Notes: generated from the sequence alone by a model not told the origin. A DNA stretch of 64,000 nt from Clostridia bacterium (GCA_022792135.1 JAAWAM010000022.1:68121-132120); one strand, 5' to 3'; positions 1 through 10,225 are shown, counted from the first letter of the stretch. Made by a program: numbers and translations.

Positions 1-267
1 TTCTTGTAAGTTTCCATGAACTAATGAATATCTAGTTCCTGCTCCTTTTAATTTTGTACTTTCTTCTGTTCTTTTATATTCTTCTGGAATATTTTTTGGA
101 TCGAATTCTATGCTACTTATAGTTCTTCCAGAATTAGTATGATTTCCCCATTCATGGATTTTGTAATATTTACCTTCCACTTCTATAACAGTATACCAAT
201 TTTCTGAATATGGATTTATTCCACCAAAATAAGATGAACCTTCTTCATAAATTAATTTTGCTTTCAT
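1..267 (-). CDS. hypothetical protein, N-terminal part only (gene runs off the left edge)
   Basis: ATG at 265-267 (minus strand), preceded by the RBS GGAGATAAAG (reverse complement of 271-280). The frame stays open to position 1 (MKAKLIYEEGSSYFGGINPY...). It is absent from the ORF track because there is no stop inside the window. Confidence 0.4.
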   Translation of the reverse strand, partial: MKAKLIYEEGSSYFGGINPYSENWYTVIEVEGKYYKIHEWGNHTNSGRTISSIEFDPKNIPEEYKRTEESTKLKGAGTRYSLVHGNLQE

Positions 268-272
268 TTTCT

Positions 273-731
273 TTATCTCCTAAATATTTTCTTTATTTTA
301 TTTTTTATTTTTTGTATTAATGTATCTTTTTTATTTTTGGTTAATGCTGCTTCCTGCATTTGTATATCTTCCTGTTTTTCTTTTACCATTGTTGTATGTC
401 TTTTGAATATATTATCTGAATTATATCTTTGTTTTAATTCTTTCTGATAATTTATTTCATTTTCTTTTACTTTATTTTTAAAAGCTACTCTTTCTTCTTC
501 ATTTGCCCAATAATTTAAGTATATCATCCCCAGTAATGCTTCCGTTTTTGGTTTTAATTTTAGTTCCTTTATTGGTTTTGTTGTATCGAATTCTGGCTTA
601 TATGTTTTAGAAGCATTCTCCTTTAAGAAATTTAAAAATTTTTTTGATATCTTGTTTACTGCCTCTGCTTCTGTATTGTCTAATATAGCCAATACTTCTT
701 TTGCTGCCTCACTATATGCTGTACTTACCAT
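273..731 (-). CDS. hypothetical Lys/Glu-rich protein, 152 aa
   Basis: Track ORF with an RBS-like GGAGGAG upstream. I recognise no family. Confidence 0.5.
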   Translation of the reverse strand: MVSTAYSEAAKEVLAILDNTEAEAVNKISKKFLNFLKENASKTYKPEFDTTKPIKELKLKPKTEALLGMIYLNYWANEEERVAFKNKVKENEINYQKELKQRYNSDNIFKRHTTMVKEKQEDIQMQEAALTKNKKDTLIQKIKNKIKKIFRR

Positions 732-796
732 TTCATCTCCTCCTTTATTACAATAATAACATATTTTAGCCTTCGTGTCTTTCTTTTTTTACAATT

Positions 797-1423
797 TTAT
801 TTGGTTCCAAAAATTCTGTCTCCTGCATCGCCTAAACCAGGTACAATATAGCCCATATCATTTAATTTTTCATCCATTGCTGCTGCATAGATTTGTACAT
901 CTGGATGTAACTCTTCCAATTTTTTAATCCCTTCTGGTGCAGCAATAATACATAAGAATTTTATTTTTTTAACGCCATCTTCTTTTAACATTGTAATTGT
1001 ATCAATTGCTGAACCTCCTGTTGCAAGCATAGGGTCTAATACAATTACTTCTCTATCTTGAATATCTCTTGGCATTTTATAATAATAGCGAACTGGCTTT
1101 AATGTTTCTTCATTTCGATATAATCCTACATGTCCTATTTTGGCATTGGGAATCGTTTTAATGAGTCCATCTAACATTCCTGTTCCTGCTCTTAAAATAG
1201 GAACAAAAGCATATTTTTCTTCATTTAGTCGTTTTGTCTTTGTGCTACAAATTGGCGTTTCAATTTCTATTTCTTTTAAGTCCGCATCTGACATTGCTTC
1301 ATAACATAAAAAAGTTGCTATTTCTCCAATAATTTCTCTAAATTCTTTGGTTCCTGTTTTTTTCTCTCTAATAATAGATAGTTTATGTTGAATGAGTGGA
1401 TGATTTAAAACAATTGCTTTCAC
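797..1423 (-). CDS. upp: uracil phosphoribosyltransferase
   Basis: 208 aa, full-length Upp-like sequence ([24 protein letters not shown] loop, [12 protein letters not shown]). Confidence 0.95.
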   Translation of the reverse strand: MKAIVLNHPLIQHKLSIIREKKTGTKEFREIIGEIATFLCYEAMSDADLKEIEIETPICSTKTKRLNEEKYAFVPILRAGTGMLDGLIKTIPNAKIGHVGLYRNEETLKPVRYYYKMPRDIQDREVIVLDPMLATGGSAIDTITMLKEDGVKKIKFLCIIAAPEGIKKLEELHPDVQIYAAAMDEKLNDMGYIVPGLGDAGDRIFGTK

Positions 1424-1449
1424 TTTCTTTCCTCCTTATTCATGATTTT

Positions 1450-2805
1450 TTATACTTCTTCTTTTATTTTTTCTTCTCTTTTTACATTTTCTTTGATTTC
1501 GTTTTGTTTTGTGTTAACTACTTCTTCTTTTTCCTCTGGTAACAATAAGTTTAATAAAACTCCAATAATAGCGGCTAAGCTCATTCCGGATATGGTAATG
1601 GACAAGTCTCCTGATACGATAGAAATTGCTGCTCCTCCTAATCCCAAAACCAACATAGTAGAGGCTACTACTACATTTTTAGATTTTCCAAAGTCGATTT
1701 GATTTTGAATTAAAACTTTTAATCCATTGACAGCAATAAATCCATATAATAGTAAAGAAACTCCTCCTAAGACTGGATTTGGTATTGTAGAAACAAGAGC
1801 TGTAAATTTTCCTAAAAATCCTAAACCAATAGCAAAAATAGCAGCTAAACCAATGACCCATATAGAAGCTACTTTTGTCATCCCTACAACAGAGGTATTT
1901 TCTCCATAAGTCGTGTTAGCTGGTCCTCCTAAAAATCCTGCTACAAATGTAGCAACTCCATCTCCTAGTAAAGTTTTTTCAAGTCCTGGTTCTTTTAATA
2001 AATCTTTTCCTATGATACTTCCTAAAGCCGTATGATCTCCTATATGTTCACAAATGGTAACTAAAGCAATTGGTGCAATCGTAAGAAGTGCCGAGAAACT
2101 TGGTGTATAACTTAAAAATGGTATCCTAAAGCTTGGCATACTAAAGAAAGATGCCTCTAGAACTGGTGTAAAGTCAACTAATCCAAAGCAGATTGCAGAG
2201 ATATAACCTACCATAATACCAATTAGGAATGGTATGATTTTCATAAATCCTTTTCCTTTTACCATAACAAGGGCTGTTGTTAAAAAAGTAATGAGTGCAA
2301 CAGCTACTCCTCTCCAGTCAATTATAGCTTCTGCATTCAGTCCAATTTGAGAAATAGCACTTGGTGCTAACCCCAATCCTATAATCATAATCATTGGTCC
2401 AATTACAACAGGTGGTAATAATTTATCAATCCAATTTTTTCCGATTAATCGAATGACAATGGCAAAAATTATATAAATTAGTCCTACTGCCATAATTCCT
2501 GTCATAGCTCCTGAAATACCGCCCTTTAAAAAAGCTGCTGATAGTGGTGCGATAAAGGCAAATGAACTGCCTAAATAAACTGGTGATTTTCCTCTTGTAC
2601 ACAAAAGATAAATTAGCGTTCCTATTCCTGATGTCACCAAGGCAACTGGTATCGTAAGTACCGTTTCTCCAGCTGCATTATTTACTAAAATCGGTACTAA
2701 TATCGTAGCACCAAACATAGCAAAAACGTGTTGCAAAGCTAAAATAATCCATTTCGTTAGTTTTGGTTTTTCGTTTACATCTAATCGTAATTTTTCTTGT
2801 TCCAT
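1450..2805 (-). CDS. pyrP: uracil/xanthine permease (NCS2 family)
   Basis: 451 aa multi-pass membrane protein with NCS2 signatures (GENTSVVGMTKVAS). Sits directly upstream of upp. Has a K/E-rich C-terminal tail. Confidence 0.9.
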   Translation of the reverse strand: MEQEKLRLDVNEKPKLTKWIILALQHVFAMFGATILVPILVNNAAGETVLTIPVALVTSGIGTLIYLLCTRGKSPVYLGSSFAFIAPLSAAFLKGGISGAMTGIMAVGLIYIIFAIVIRLIGKNWIDKLLPPVVIGPMIMIIGLGLAPSAISQIGLNAEAIIDWRGVAVALITFLTTALVMVKGKGFMKIIPFLIGIMVGYISAICFGLVDFTPVLEASFFSMPSFRIPFLSYTPSFSALLTIAPIALVTICEHIGDHTALGSIIGKDLLKEPGLEKTLLGDGVATFVAGFLGGPANTTYGENTSVVGMTKVASIWVIGLAAIFAIGLGFLGKFTALVSTIPNPVLGGVSLLLYGFIAVNGLKVLIQNQIDFGKSKNVVVASTMLVLGLGGAAISIVSGDLSITISGMSLAAIIGVLLNLLLPEEKEEVVNTKQNEIKENVKREEKIKEEV

Positions 2806-2917
2806 TGAAAATTTCCCCTTTCAATTTTTATTTTGGTACTAAATTTATCATTTTTGGTACCTCTTATGAAACTATACTATAATAAAACAAAAAATGCAAA
2901 GGATTTTAAAAATATTG

Positions 2918-4669
2918 TTATAATTTATATTTTTCTCTTGCTTGATAGTGTGTATGTAACAACTTATGAGCACGATAACTTCCTGGTTTTTCTAAGTATT
3001 CTTGATAAATTTTCTGGATGATTGGATTTTCATGAGATTTACGAATTATACTTTTTTCATCGATACGATACAGTGCCTCTGCTCTTAATTTTCTAACATC
3101 TACTTCTGAACGTATTTTAGAATTTTTAATCGGTTGACCACCACCCATAACACAGCCACCAGGGCAAGCCATAATTTCTACAAATTGGTAATCTGCTTTA
3201 CCAGATTTAATTTCTTCTAGAATTTTTTTTGCATTTGCTAACCCACTTGCTGCCACTACTTTAATATTTTTTCCACCTATTTCTATGGTCGCTTTTTTAA
3301 TTCCTTCTGCTCCACGTACTTGTTCAAAATTAATCTTTTCTAATTCTTTTCCCGTTAACCTGTCTTGTGCTGTACGTAGAGCTGCTTCCATCACGCCTCC
3401 TGTCGTTCCAAAAATAGCTGCAGCACCTGTTGCTTCTCCCATGGGGTCATCAAATACACTATCCTGTAATTTTGTAAATTCAATATTTGCCTGTTTAATC
3501 ATTCGAGAAAGTTCACGAGTAGTAATAACATTATCTACATCAGAAAATCCATTATTTTTCATTTCTGAGCGTTTGCTTTCAAATTTTTTAGCAATACATG
3601 GCATCACAGATACCACATAAATTTTCTCAGGATCAATTCCTTCTTTTTTTGCAAAATAGGTTTTAAGCAATGCACCAAACATTTGATGAGGAGACTTACA
3701 TGTAGATAAGTGAGGTAACATTTCTGGATCATTCATTTCAATATATTTTATCCACCCTGGACTACAAGAAGTAATCATAGGAAGTGTTTCATTTTGTGTT
3801 AACCTTTCGATTAATTCATTCGCTTCTTCCATAATCGTAAAATCTGCTCCTGTATTGGTATCAAACACTTTATCAAATCCTAATCTTTTTAAGGCAGTTA
3901 CCATTTTTCCTGTTACATTTGTTCCTATTTCCATATCAAATTCTTCACCAAGTGCCACTCTAACTGCAGGAGCTGTTTGGGCAATTACATATGTTTCTGG
4001 ATCTTTTAGTTTCATCCATACTTCATCAATGGTCTCTTTTTCATGTAAAGCACCTGTTGGACAAGCTTGAATACACTGTCCACAATTGGTACAATTAACA
4101 TCCTTTAAACTTTTATTTCCTACAGTTGAAATGCAAGAGTCGAATCCTCTATTGATACAATCAATTGCTCCTATTTCTTGCACATTTTTACAAACTGCAA
4201 TACATCTTCTACATAATATACATTTGTTAAAATCTCTTACAATAGATGGAGACAAATCATCTATTTTATGATTGATTCTCTCTCCTTCAAATTCTATTTG
4301 GGTAACATTAAATTTAGTAGCCAAACTTTGTAGTTCACAGTTTCCTGAACGAGTACAGGTTAAACAATCTTTTGCATGGTTGGATAAGATTAAATCTAAT
4401 ATCATGCGTCTTGCTTCTAGAACATTTGGTGTATGTGTATGAACTACCATTCCTTGTTCTACTTTTTGAATACATGAAGTAGCAAAGCCATTTTTTCCTT
4501 CTACTTCTACAATACACATTCTACAATCTCCAACTTCGTTAATATCTTTTAAAAAGCATAAGGTTGGTATATCAATTCCTGCTTGTCTTGCTGCTTGTAG
4601 TATCGTAGTTCCTTTTTCTACTTCTACTTTCTGTCCATCTATTTTTAGACTAATTAAATTATGATTCAT
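2918..4669 (-). CDS. hydA: [FeFe]-hydrogenase catalytic subunit (bifurcating HydABC type)
   Basis: 583 aa. N-terminal 2Fe-2S and 4Fe-4S Cys clusters plus H-cluster motifs (TSCSPGW, MPCIAKKFE, EIMACPGGCVMGGGQP). Confidence 0.9.
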   Translation of the reverse strand: MNHNLISLKIDGQKVEVEKGTTILQAARQAGIDIPTLCFLKDINEVGDCRMCIVEVEGKNGFATSCIQKVEQGMVVHTHTPNVLEARRMILDLILSNHAKDCLTCTRSGNCELQSLATKFNVTQIEFEGERINHKIDDLSPSIVRDFNKCILCRRCIAVCKNVQEIGAIDCINRGFDSCISTVGNKSLKDVNCTNCGQCIQACPTGALHEKETIDEVWMKLKDPETYVIAQTAPAVRVALGEEFDMEIGTNVTGKMVTALKRLGFDKVFDTNTGADFTIMEEANELIERLTQNETLPMITSCSPGWIKYIEMNDPEMLPHLSTCKSPHQMFGALLKTYFAKKEGIDPEKIYVVSVMPCIAKKFESKRSEMKNNGFSDVDNVITTRELSRMIKQANIEFTKLQDSVFDDPMGEATGAAAIFGTTGGVMEAALRTAQDRLTGKELEKINFEQVRGAEGIKKATIEIGGKNIKVVAASGLANAKKILEEIKSGKADYQFVEIMACPGGCVMGGGQPIKNSKIRSEVDVRKLRAEALYRIDEKSIIRKSHENPIIQKIYQEYLEKPGSYRAHKLLHTHYQAREKYKL

Positions 4670-4700
4670 TTTTTACCTCCTTTTTCGCATTGGCTCATTT

Positions 4701-4762
4701 GGTCATTCGGGGACGGTTCTTCTTTAGCCATTGGTTACAAAAGAACCGTCCCTAATTAGCCA
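4701..4762. repeat. GGGGACGG-core intergenic repeat, two inverted copies forming a 12-bp hairpin between hydB and hydA
   Basis: GGGACGGTTCTT (4710-4721) pairs with AAGAACCGTCCC (4741-4752). 4741-4762 is identical to 6685-6706. The reverse complement of 4710-4730 is identical to 6676-6696. Confidence 0.8.
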
Positions 4763-4763
4763 A

Positions 4764-6620
4764 TTAGCCAATTGCCTTAAATGGGCAGCTGGTTAAACAA
4801 GTTCCACATTTAATACATTTGTCTTGGTTAATGGTTCGTTTTTCTCTTGCTTCTCCTTCGATAGCATTTACAGGACAATGTCTTTGACATAAACCACATC
4901 CTTTGCATTTTTCTTCGTGAATGGTTATTTTTGACATGGCTTTACACTCTAATGCTCTACATTCTTTGTTGGTTGCATGTTCTCTAAATTCTTCTCTGAA
5001 ATATTTTAAGGTACTGATAACTGGATTGGGTGCGCTTTGGCCTAATCCACAGATACTCGCTTTTTGAATATTGACTGCTAATTTTTCTAATTTATAAATG
5101 TCTAATTCTGAACCTTCTGCATTACATAATTTTTCTAGTATTTCTAACATTCTTTTAGTCCCAATTCTACATGGTGTACATTTTCCACAGCTTTCACTGA
5201 CAGTAAATTCTAAATAGAATTTTGCTAATGATACCATGCATTTTGTATCATCCATGACGATGAGTCCACCTGAGCCCATCATAGAACCAATTTCTTTTAA
5301 AGATTCATAATCAATTGGGGTATCTAAATGTTCTTTTGGAATGCATCCTCCTGATGGACCACCTGTTTGTGCTGCTTTAAATTCTCTTCCATTTGGAATT
5401 CCCCCACCAATATCATAAACAATTTCTCGAAGCGTTGTTCCCATTGGTACTTCTACTAATCCAATATTGTTTACATTTCCACCTAAAGCAAATACTTTGG
5501 TTCCTTTTGAGTTTTTGGTTCCTATGGAAGAATACCAATCAGCTCCCTTTAATATAATTTGTGCAATATTGCTATAGGTTTCAACATTGTTAATTAAGGT
5601 AGGTTTTCCCCATAGTCCTGATTGTGCTGGATAGGGTGGTTTTACTCTGGGTTGTCCTCTTCTTCCTTCGATGGATTCTAATAGTGCTGTTTCTTCTCCA
5701 CAGACAAATGCTCCTGCGCCTAATCTTATTTCAACATCAAAGGTAAATCCTGTTCCCCCTATATTTTTTCCCAAAATCCCATATTCTCTTGCTTGTTTTA
5801 TGGCAATTTCTAATCTTTTTACAGCAATTGGATATTCTGCTCTTACATAAATGTAACCCTTATTGGCTCCAATGCAAAAGCCTGCAATTGCCATAGCTTC
5901 TATAACAGAATGAGGGTCTCCTTCTAAAATACTCCTGTCCATAAAAGCTCCTGGATCTCCTTCGTCTGCATTACAAACTACATATTTTTCTTTTCCTTCT
6001 GAGGCTTTTGTAAGTTCCCACTTCTTCCCAGTTGGAAATCCAGCTCCTCCTCTTCCACGTAAACCAGATTTGGTTATGATAGCAATGACCTCTTCTGGTG
6101 TTAATGTAGTTAAACATTTTTCTAATGCTGTATATCCGTCAAATGCTATGTATTCATCAATTTCTTCTGGGTTAATCACACCACAATTTTTTAAAGCAAT
6201 CCTTTTTTGTTTTTTATAGAAATTTAATTCCTCTAAACGATTTACTATCGTTCCGTCAATATCCTTACAAAGTAATCGTTCTACTTTATTTCCTTCTACA
6301 ATATGAGTCTGAATAATCTCCTCACAATCTTCTGGTGTTACCATGGCATAAAACGTATCTTCTGGCCTTATAATAACAATCGGACCTTTGGCACATAAAC
6401 CAAAACAACCAGTTTTGATAACCCTTACCTTTTCAATTTTCTTTTCTTTTAAAATCCTTTTAAAGTTTTCTAAGATTTCAGGAGATTTCGATGAGGTACA
6501 CCCTGTACCATGACAAACTAAAATATGTTTTTCTCTGGTATCAGCTTTCGTATTAATTCGTAACTCTAATTCTTTTCTCTTTTCTTGCCTAATCGTATGA
6601 AGTTCTTCTAATGTTTTCAT
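4764..6620 (-). CDS. hydB: hydrogenase NADH-binding flavoprotein subunit (NuoF-like)
   Basis: NuoF-like GRGGAGFPTG FMN/NAD motifs and C-terminal ferredoxin Cys clusters. Start moved to the ATG at 6618-6620, which has an AAAGGAGGAATTTT RBS. The track start at 6641 is a TTG inside the repeat element. Confidence 0.9.
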   Translation of the reverse strand: MKTLEELHTIRQEKRKELELRINTKADTREKHILVCHGTGCTSSKSPEILENFKRILKEKKIEKVRVIKTGCFGLCAKGPIVIIRPEDTFYAMVTPEDCEEIIQTHIVEGNKVERLLCKDIDGTIVNRLEELNFYKKQKRIALKNCGVINPEEIDEYIAFDGYTALEKCLTTLTPEEVIAIITKSGLRGRGGAGFPTGKKWELTKASEGKEKYVVCNADEGDPGAFMDRSILEGDPHSVIEAMAIAGFCIGANKGYIYVRAEYPIAVKRLEIAIKQAREYGILGKNIGGTGFTFDVEIRLGAGAFVCGEETALLESIEGRRGQPRVKPPYPAQSGLWGKPTLINNVETYSNIAQIILKGADWYSSIGTKNSKGTKVFALGGNVNNIGLVEVPMGTTLREIVYDIGGGIPNGREFKAAQTGGPSGGCIPKEHLDTPIDYESLKEIGSMMGSGGLIVMDDTKCMVSLAKFYLEFTVSESCGKCTPCRIGTKRMLEILEKLCNAEGSELDIYKLEKLAVNIQKASICGLGQSAPNPVISTLKYFREEFREHATNKECRALECKAMSKITIHEEKCKGCGLCQRHCPVNAIEGEAREKRTINQDKCIKCGTCLTSCPFKAIG

Positions 6621-6635
6621 AAAATTCCTCCTTTT

Positions 6636-6706
6636 GGTCAATTGGGGACAGGTACTAATTGACCATCTTGTATTTTGGCTAAAGAAGAACCGTCCCTAAT
6701 TAGCCA
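6636..6706. repeat. GGGGAC-core intergenic repeats between hydC and hydB
   Basis: GGTCAATT-GGGGACAGGTACT-AATTGACC hairpin (6636-6664) followed by TGGCTAAAGAAGAACCGTCCCTAATTAGCCA (6676-6706). The latter supplies the last codons and TAG stop of hydC. Confidence 0.8.
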
Positions 6707-7193
6707 TTAATTCATCTAGTACTTCATCTAGTTTTTGTACTGTTGCTTTTCCATATACTTCACCATTTACTGTAAAGACTGGTGCTAGCCCACAAGCTCC
6801 GACACATCTGGTTTGGTCAATGGTGAATAATCCATCTTTTGTTGTTTGCCCTGGTTCAATTTTTAATCTTTCTGTTAGTCGATCCATGATTTTTTGAGAA
6901 CCTTTTACAAAGCATGCGGTTCCTAAGCATACTGATATTTTATATTTTCCTTGTGGTTCTAGTGAAAATCTTGAATAAAAAGTAATGACTCCATAAATTT
7001 CTGCCATGGGAATTTTTAAAAAATTGGATAATTCTTTTTGAACTTCCATTGGAATATAACCATAATGTTCTTGAATTTCGTTTAACATTTGAATTAAATT
7101 GTCTTTTTGAGGTAAATAGATTTGGAATAAATTTTCTAAAAATTTCTTTTCTTGTTTCCATTTACAATTATCCTGATTTAAATTTTCATTCAT
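6696..7193 (-). CDS. hydC: hydrogenase 2Fe-2S subunit (NuoE-like)
   Basis: 165 aa with the NuoE-type thioredoxin-like 2Fe-2S Cys pattern (CLGTAC ... CVGACGLAP). Confidence 0.9.
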   Translation of the reverse strand: MNENLNQDNCKWKQEKKFLENLFQIYLPQKDNLIQMLNEIQEHYGYIPMEVQKELSNFLKIPMAEIYGVITFYSRFSLEPQGKYKISVCLGTACFVKGSQKIMDRLTERLKIEPGQTTKDGLFTIDQTRCVGACGLAPVFTVNGEVYGKATVQKLDEVLDELMAN

Positions 7194-7375
7194 AAATTTT
7201 TTTCTCCTTCCATAATATTTATTATATTTCTTTTTGAATTATATCAAAATGGATTTTTGAATACAATGATTTTTTTAATTTTAAAAATTTTGTTGTTTTA
7301 TGTCACATTAGTATTGACTTTTTTGTCTAAAAATGTAACAATAAAATTATTAAAATAAAAAAGGGGGATTTTTTT

Positions 7376-7870
7376 ATGAGTTATACTTACAATTATGGTT
7401 ATGATGTTTCACCATATGCAAGAGGGTATGATAATTTTGATTCGGTTGCTGCAACTGGCATAGGTGCTGCCTTAGGTGCTTTTATGGGAATCATTATGGT
7501 GATTGGTTTAGTAGTAGGCATTCTACAAATTATTGGTATGTGGAAAGTCTATACAAAAGCTGGAGAAAAAGGATGGAAATCAATTATTCCTATCTATAAT
7601 CTTGTGATTTTATTTAAAATTTCTGGACTTTCTCCATGGTTAATTTTAGCCTATTTAGCTGGTATCATTCCTTTTATCGGATGGTTTGTCATACTTGGTT
7701 TAAATATTTACCAATCTTATAAGTTAGCTAAATCTTTCAATAAAGATATTGGCTACACTTTCGGATTATGGTTATTACCTACTATTTTCTATATGATTCT
7801 TGGTTTTGGTAAAGCTGAATATGTAGGACCTGGCGGAACAGCTACAGTAGAAACTGAAAAAGCTGAATAA
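7376..7870 (+). CDS. small multi-pass membrane protein (DUF5684-like)
   Basis: 164 aa with an AAGGGGGA RBS and several hydrophobic helices. The family assignment is from memory only. Confidence 0.6.
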   Translation: MSYTYNYGYDVSPYARGYDNFDSVAATGIGAALGAFMGIIMVIGLVVGILQIIGMWKVYTKAGEKGWKSIIPIYNLVILFKISGLSPWLILAYLAGIIPFIGWFVILGLNIYQSYKLAKSFNKDIGYTFGLWLLPTIFYMILGFGKAEYVGPGGTATVETEKAE

Positions 7871-7926
7871 GATAAATAAGATAAAAGCCGTTTTCGTATT
7901 TTTTTCGAAAGCGACTTTTTATTTTA

Positions 7927-8844
7927 TCAAACTATTTCATTCATTTGTACTGTCCCAATGATGTCTTTTAAATTTTCTATCTTATATTTTTCCATATAAT
8001 CTTCAATTCCTTTTATGGTATTAACACTTGTATAAGGATCCATAAAATTCCCTGCACCAATTGAAATAGCAGTTGCCCCTGCTAACATGAATTCAACTGC
8101 ATCTTTTCCATCCATAATTCCTCCCATACCAAGAATCGGAATCTTGATCGCTTGTGCTACTTGATACACCATTCTAACAGCTACTGGTTTAATCGCTGGT
8201 CCTGAAAGTCCACCTGTATTATTGGCAAGAATTGGTCTTCTTTTATCAATATCAATTTTCATACCAAGTAATGTATTAATGAGAGATACTCCATCTGCAC
8301 CTCCATCTTCTGCCCCCTTGGCAATGGATGCAATATCTGTTACATTTGGTGTTAATTTTACAATTAAAGGTTTGTCTAATACATTTTTTACTTTACTTGT
8401 AATCTCTCTTACTCCTTCATAGCTATTTCCAAAAGCCATACATCCTGCTTTTACATTGGGACAAGATAAATTTAATTCCACTCCATCAATGTCTAATGTA
8501 TTTAATATCTTACACAGTTCAACATATTCTTCTACGGTGCTTCCACAAGCATTGACAATAACAGCAGTATCAAATTTTCTAAGAAAAGGCAAATCATTTT
8601 GTGCAAAATATTCTACTCCTGGGTTTTGTAACCCAATACTATTTAACATCCCACTTGCCGTTTCACATACTCTTGGTGGCTTATTTCCACTTTTTGGTTT
8701 TAAGGAAGTACCTTTTGTAATAATTCCTCCTAATTGATTTAAATCCAAAAATTGATGAAATTCCCTTCCATAGCCAAATGTACCAGAAGCCACTGTGACT
8801 GGATTTTTCATTTTAATTCCTGCTAAATTTATGTTTGTATTCAT
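7927..8844 (-). CDS. pyrD: dihydroorotate dehydrogenase catalytic subunit (class 1B)
   Basis: 305 aa PyrD 1B-like sequence (ASGTFGYG, NLSCPNV, GGLSGPAIKP). Confidence 0.95.
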   Translation of the reverse strand: MNTNINLAGIKMKNPVTVASGTFGYGREFHQFLDLNQLGGIITKGTSLKPKSGNKPPRVCETASGMLNSIGLQNPGVEYFAQNDLPFLRKFDTAVIVNACGSTVEEYVELCKILNTLDIDGVELNLSCPNVKAGCMAFGNSYEGVREITSKVKNVLDKPLIVKLTPNVTDIASIAKGAEDGGADGVSLINTLLGMKIDIDKRRPILANNTGGLSGPAIKPVAVRMVYQVAQAIKIPILGMGGIMDGKDAVEFMLAGATAISIGAGNFMDPYTSVNTIKGIEDYMEKYKIENLKDIIGTVQMNEIV

Positions 8845-9408
8845 TTATTTTAATCCCTCCATTCCTTCTTTTTGAATGATTTCCATTTGTTTTTCCAAAT
8901 TGATATTAGACATTTCTTCAATAAACTGGATTACTTTGTCTTTTTTTAGATATTTCGGTTCTTTCTTGTTTTTATCTATTTTCATATACTTTTTTACATT
9001 TTCTAATATTTCTATTTGAAATCTTGTTATCAATTCAAAATTTAAACAATCATAATCATCATAAAATTTATCTTTATTTTGTATAATTGCTTCCAATTCT
9101 TGTTTAAAAGAAATATTATAAAAATAATGGTCTACCAATAAATGTAATAAATAACCCTTCCAGTAATCTGTATCGATGGTAACTTTAGCATCTTGTAAAA
9201 ATGATTTTATGTTAGTTTTTACCTGATAATTTCCCCATTTCCCATAATGTGTTTTGCTTTTATCTTTTGCTAGGTCAATCTTATTTTCATCTAAATCAGG
9301 TGCTATGGTTCCTTTTATAAATTCAGATTCATTTTGTATGTGACCTTTATGCTTTTTTATATATTCTTTTCCAATTGCTATATGAATTGTAAATCCTGGC
9401 ATTTGCAT
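8845..9408 (-). CDS. hypothetical protein embedded in the pyr operon (possible His/Asp metal-dependent hydrolase)
   Basis: 187 aa. Abuts the pyrD start with 0 nt gap and lies 9 nt after the pyrK stop. His/Asp motifs (TIHIA, APD, HLLVDHYF) are present, but there is no confident family call. Confidence 0.45.
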   Translation of the reverse strand: MQMPGFTIHIAIGKEYIKKHKGHIQNESEFIKGTIAPDLDENKIDLAKDKSKTHYGKWGNYQVKTNIKSFLQDAKVTIDTDYWKGYLLHLLVDHYFYNISFKQELEAIIQNKDKFYDDYDCLNFELITRFQIEILENVKKYMKIDKNKKEPKYLKKDKVIQFIEEMSNINLEKQMEIIQKEGMEGLK

Positions 9409-9417
9409 TTCCTCCCT

Positions 9418-10209
9418 TTAGATTTCTACTTCTTTTGCTTCAAATACTGGTCCACCTTTGCATACATGCCAATATTCTGGTGCTTCTTTTGGACTTCTAG
9501 CCGTTTTAACTGCACATCCCAAACAGGCACCAATTCCACATCCCATTCTTTCTTCCAAAGAAATTTGGCAGGGAATATTTTCTTCTATGGCTAATTCTCT
9601 TACCGCTCTTAACATTGGTAATGGACCACAGGCATAAATACCGTCTGGTTTTTCTTTTTTTATCTCTTCTTTCAAAAAGTTAATAGCAAATCCAGCTTTT
9701 CCATAACTTCCGTCATCTGTTGTAATAACTAATTTGTCAGATACTGCTTTAAATTCTTTTTCTAAAACTACAAAATCTTCATTTCTAAATCCTAAATAAA
9801 TCGTAACATTTTTTCCTGCTTGTTTGGCTGACTTAGAAAGTTCATAGAGTGGAAATACACCAATTCCTCCACCTATTACAGCTATCTTTTGATGTGCCTC
9901 ATATTTAAAGGTTCCAAATCCTAATGGTCCAAGAATATCAATTGTATCTCCTATTTCTTTCGTAGCTAAAATCTTCGTTCCTTGTCCTTTTATTTGAAAA
10001 ATAAATTCTAAAATTCCTTTTTCTTTTTCTAAATTGTAAATACTAATGGGTCTTCTTAGAAAAGGTACAGTTGTGTTTGATACTCTAATTTCAATAAAAT
10101 TTCCTGGTTTTGCTGCTTTGACAATTTCAGGTGCTTTTACCTTAAAATGATAAATATCGTCTTTTAATTTAATTTTTTCTATCAATTGTGCATGAGTTTG
10201 TACTGGCAT
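9418..10209 (-). CDS. pyrK: dihydroorotate dehydrogenase electron-transfer subunit
   Basis: 263 aa with an FAD/NAD-binding fold and the C-terminal 2Fe-2S Cys motif (CGIGACLGC). Confidence 0.9.
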   Translation of the reverse strand: MPVQTHAQLIEKIKLKDDIYHFKVKAPEIVKAAKPGNFIEIRVSNTTVPFLRRPISIYNLEKEKGILEFIFQIKGQGTKILATKEIGDTIDILGPLGFGTFKYEAHQKIAVIGGGIGVFPLYELSKSAKQAGKNVTIYLGFRNEDFVVLEKEFKAVSDKLVITTDDGSYGKAGFAINFLKEEIKKEKPDGIYACGPLPMLRAVRELAIEENIPCQISLEERMGCGIGACLGCAVKTARSPKEAPEYWHVCKGGPVFEAKEVEI

Positions 10210-10225
10210 TGCTTTTCCTCCTTTT

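Noticed and set aside
2806-2917. A PyrR-type attenuator or other riboswitch upstream of the uracil permease/upp pair.
   Set aside because: No PyrR binding loop consensus was found. Only a GGTAC...GTACC hairpin of uncertain meaning is present.
6621-6698. hydC and hydB are in the same frame, separated only by one TAG with no further stops. This could be stop read-through giving a HydC-HydB fusion.
   Set aside because: hydB has a strong AAAGGAGGA RBS and an ATG at 6618-6620. The intervening 75 nt is a copy of the intergenic repeat element, and it contains an in-frame CGG that would shift frame into a TGA. The shared frame is most likely coincidence.
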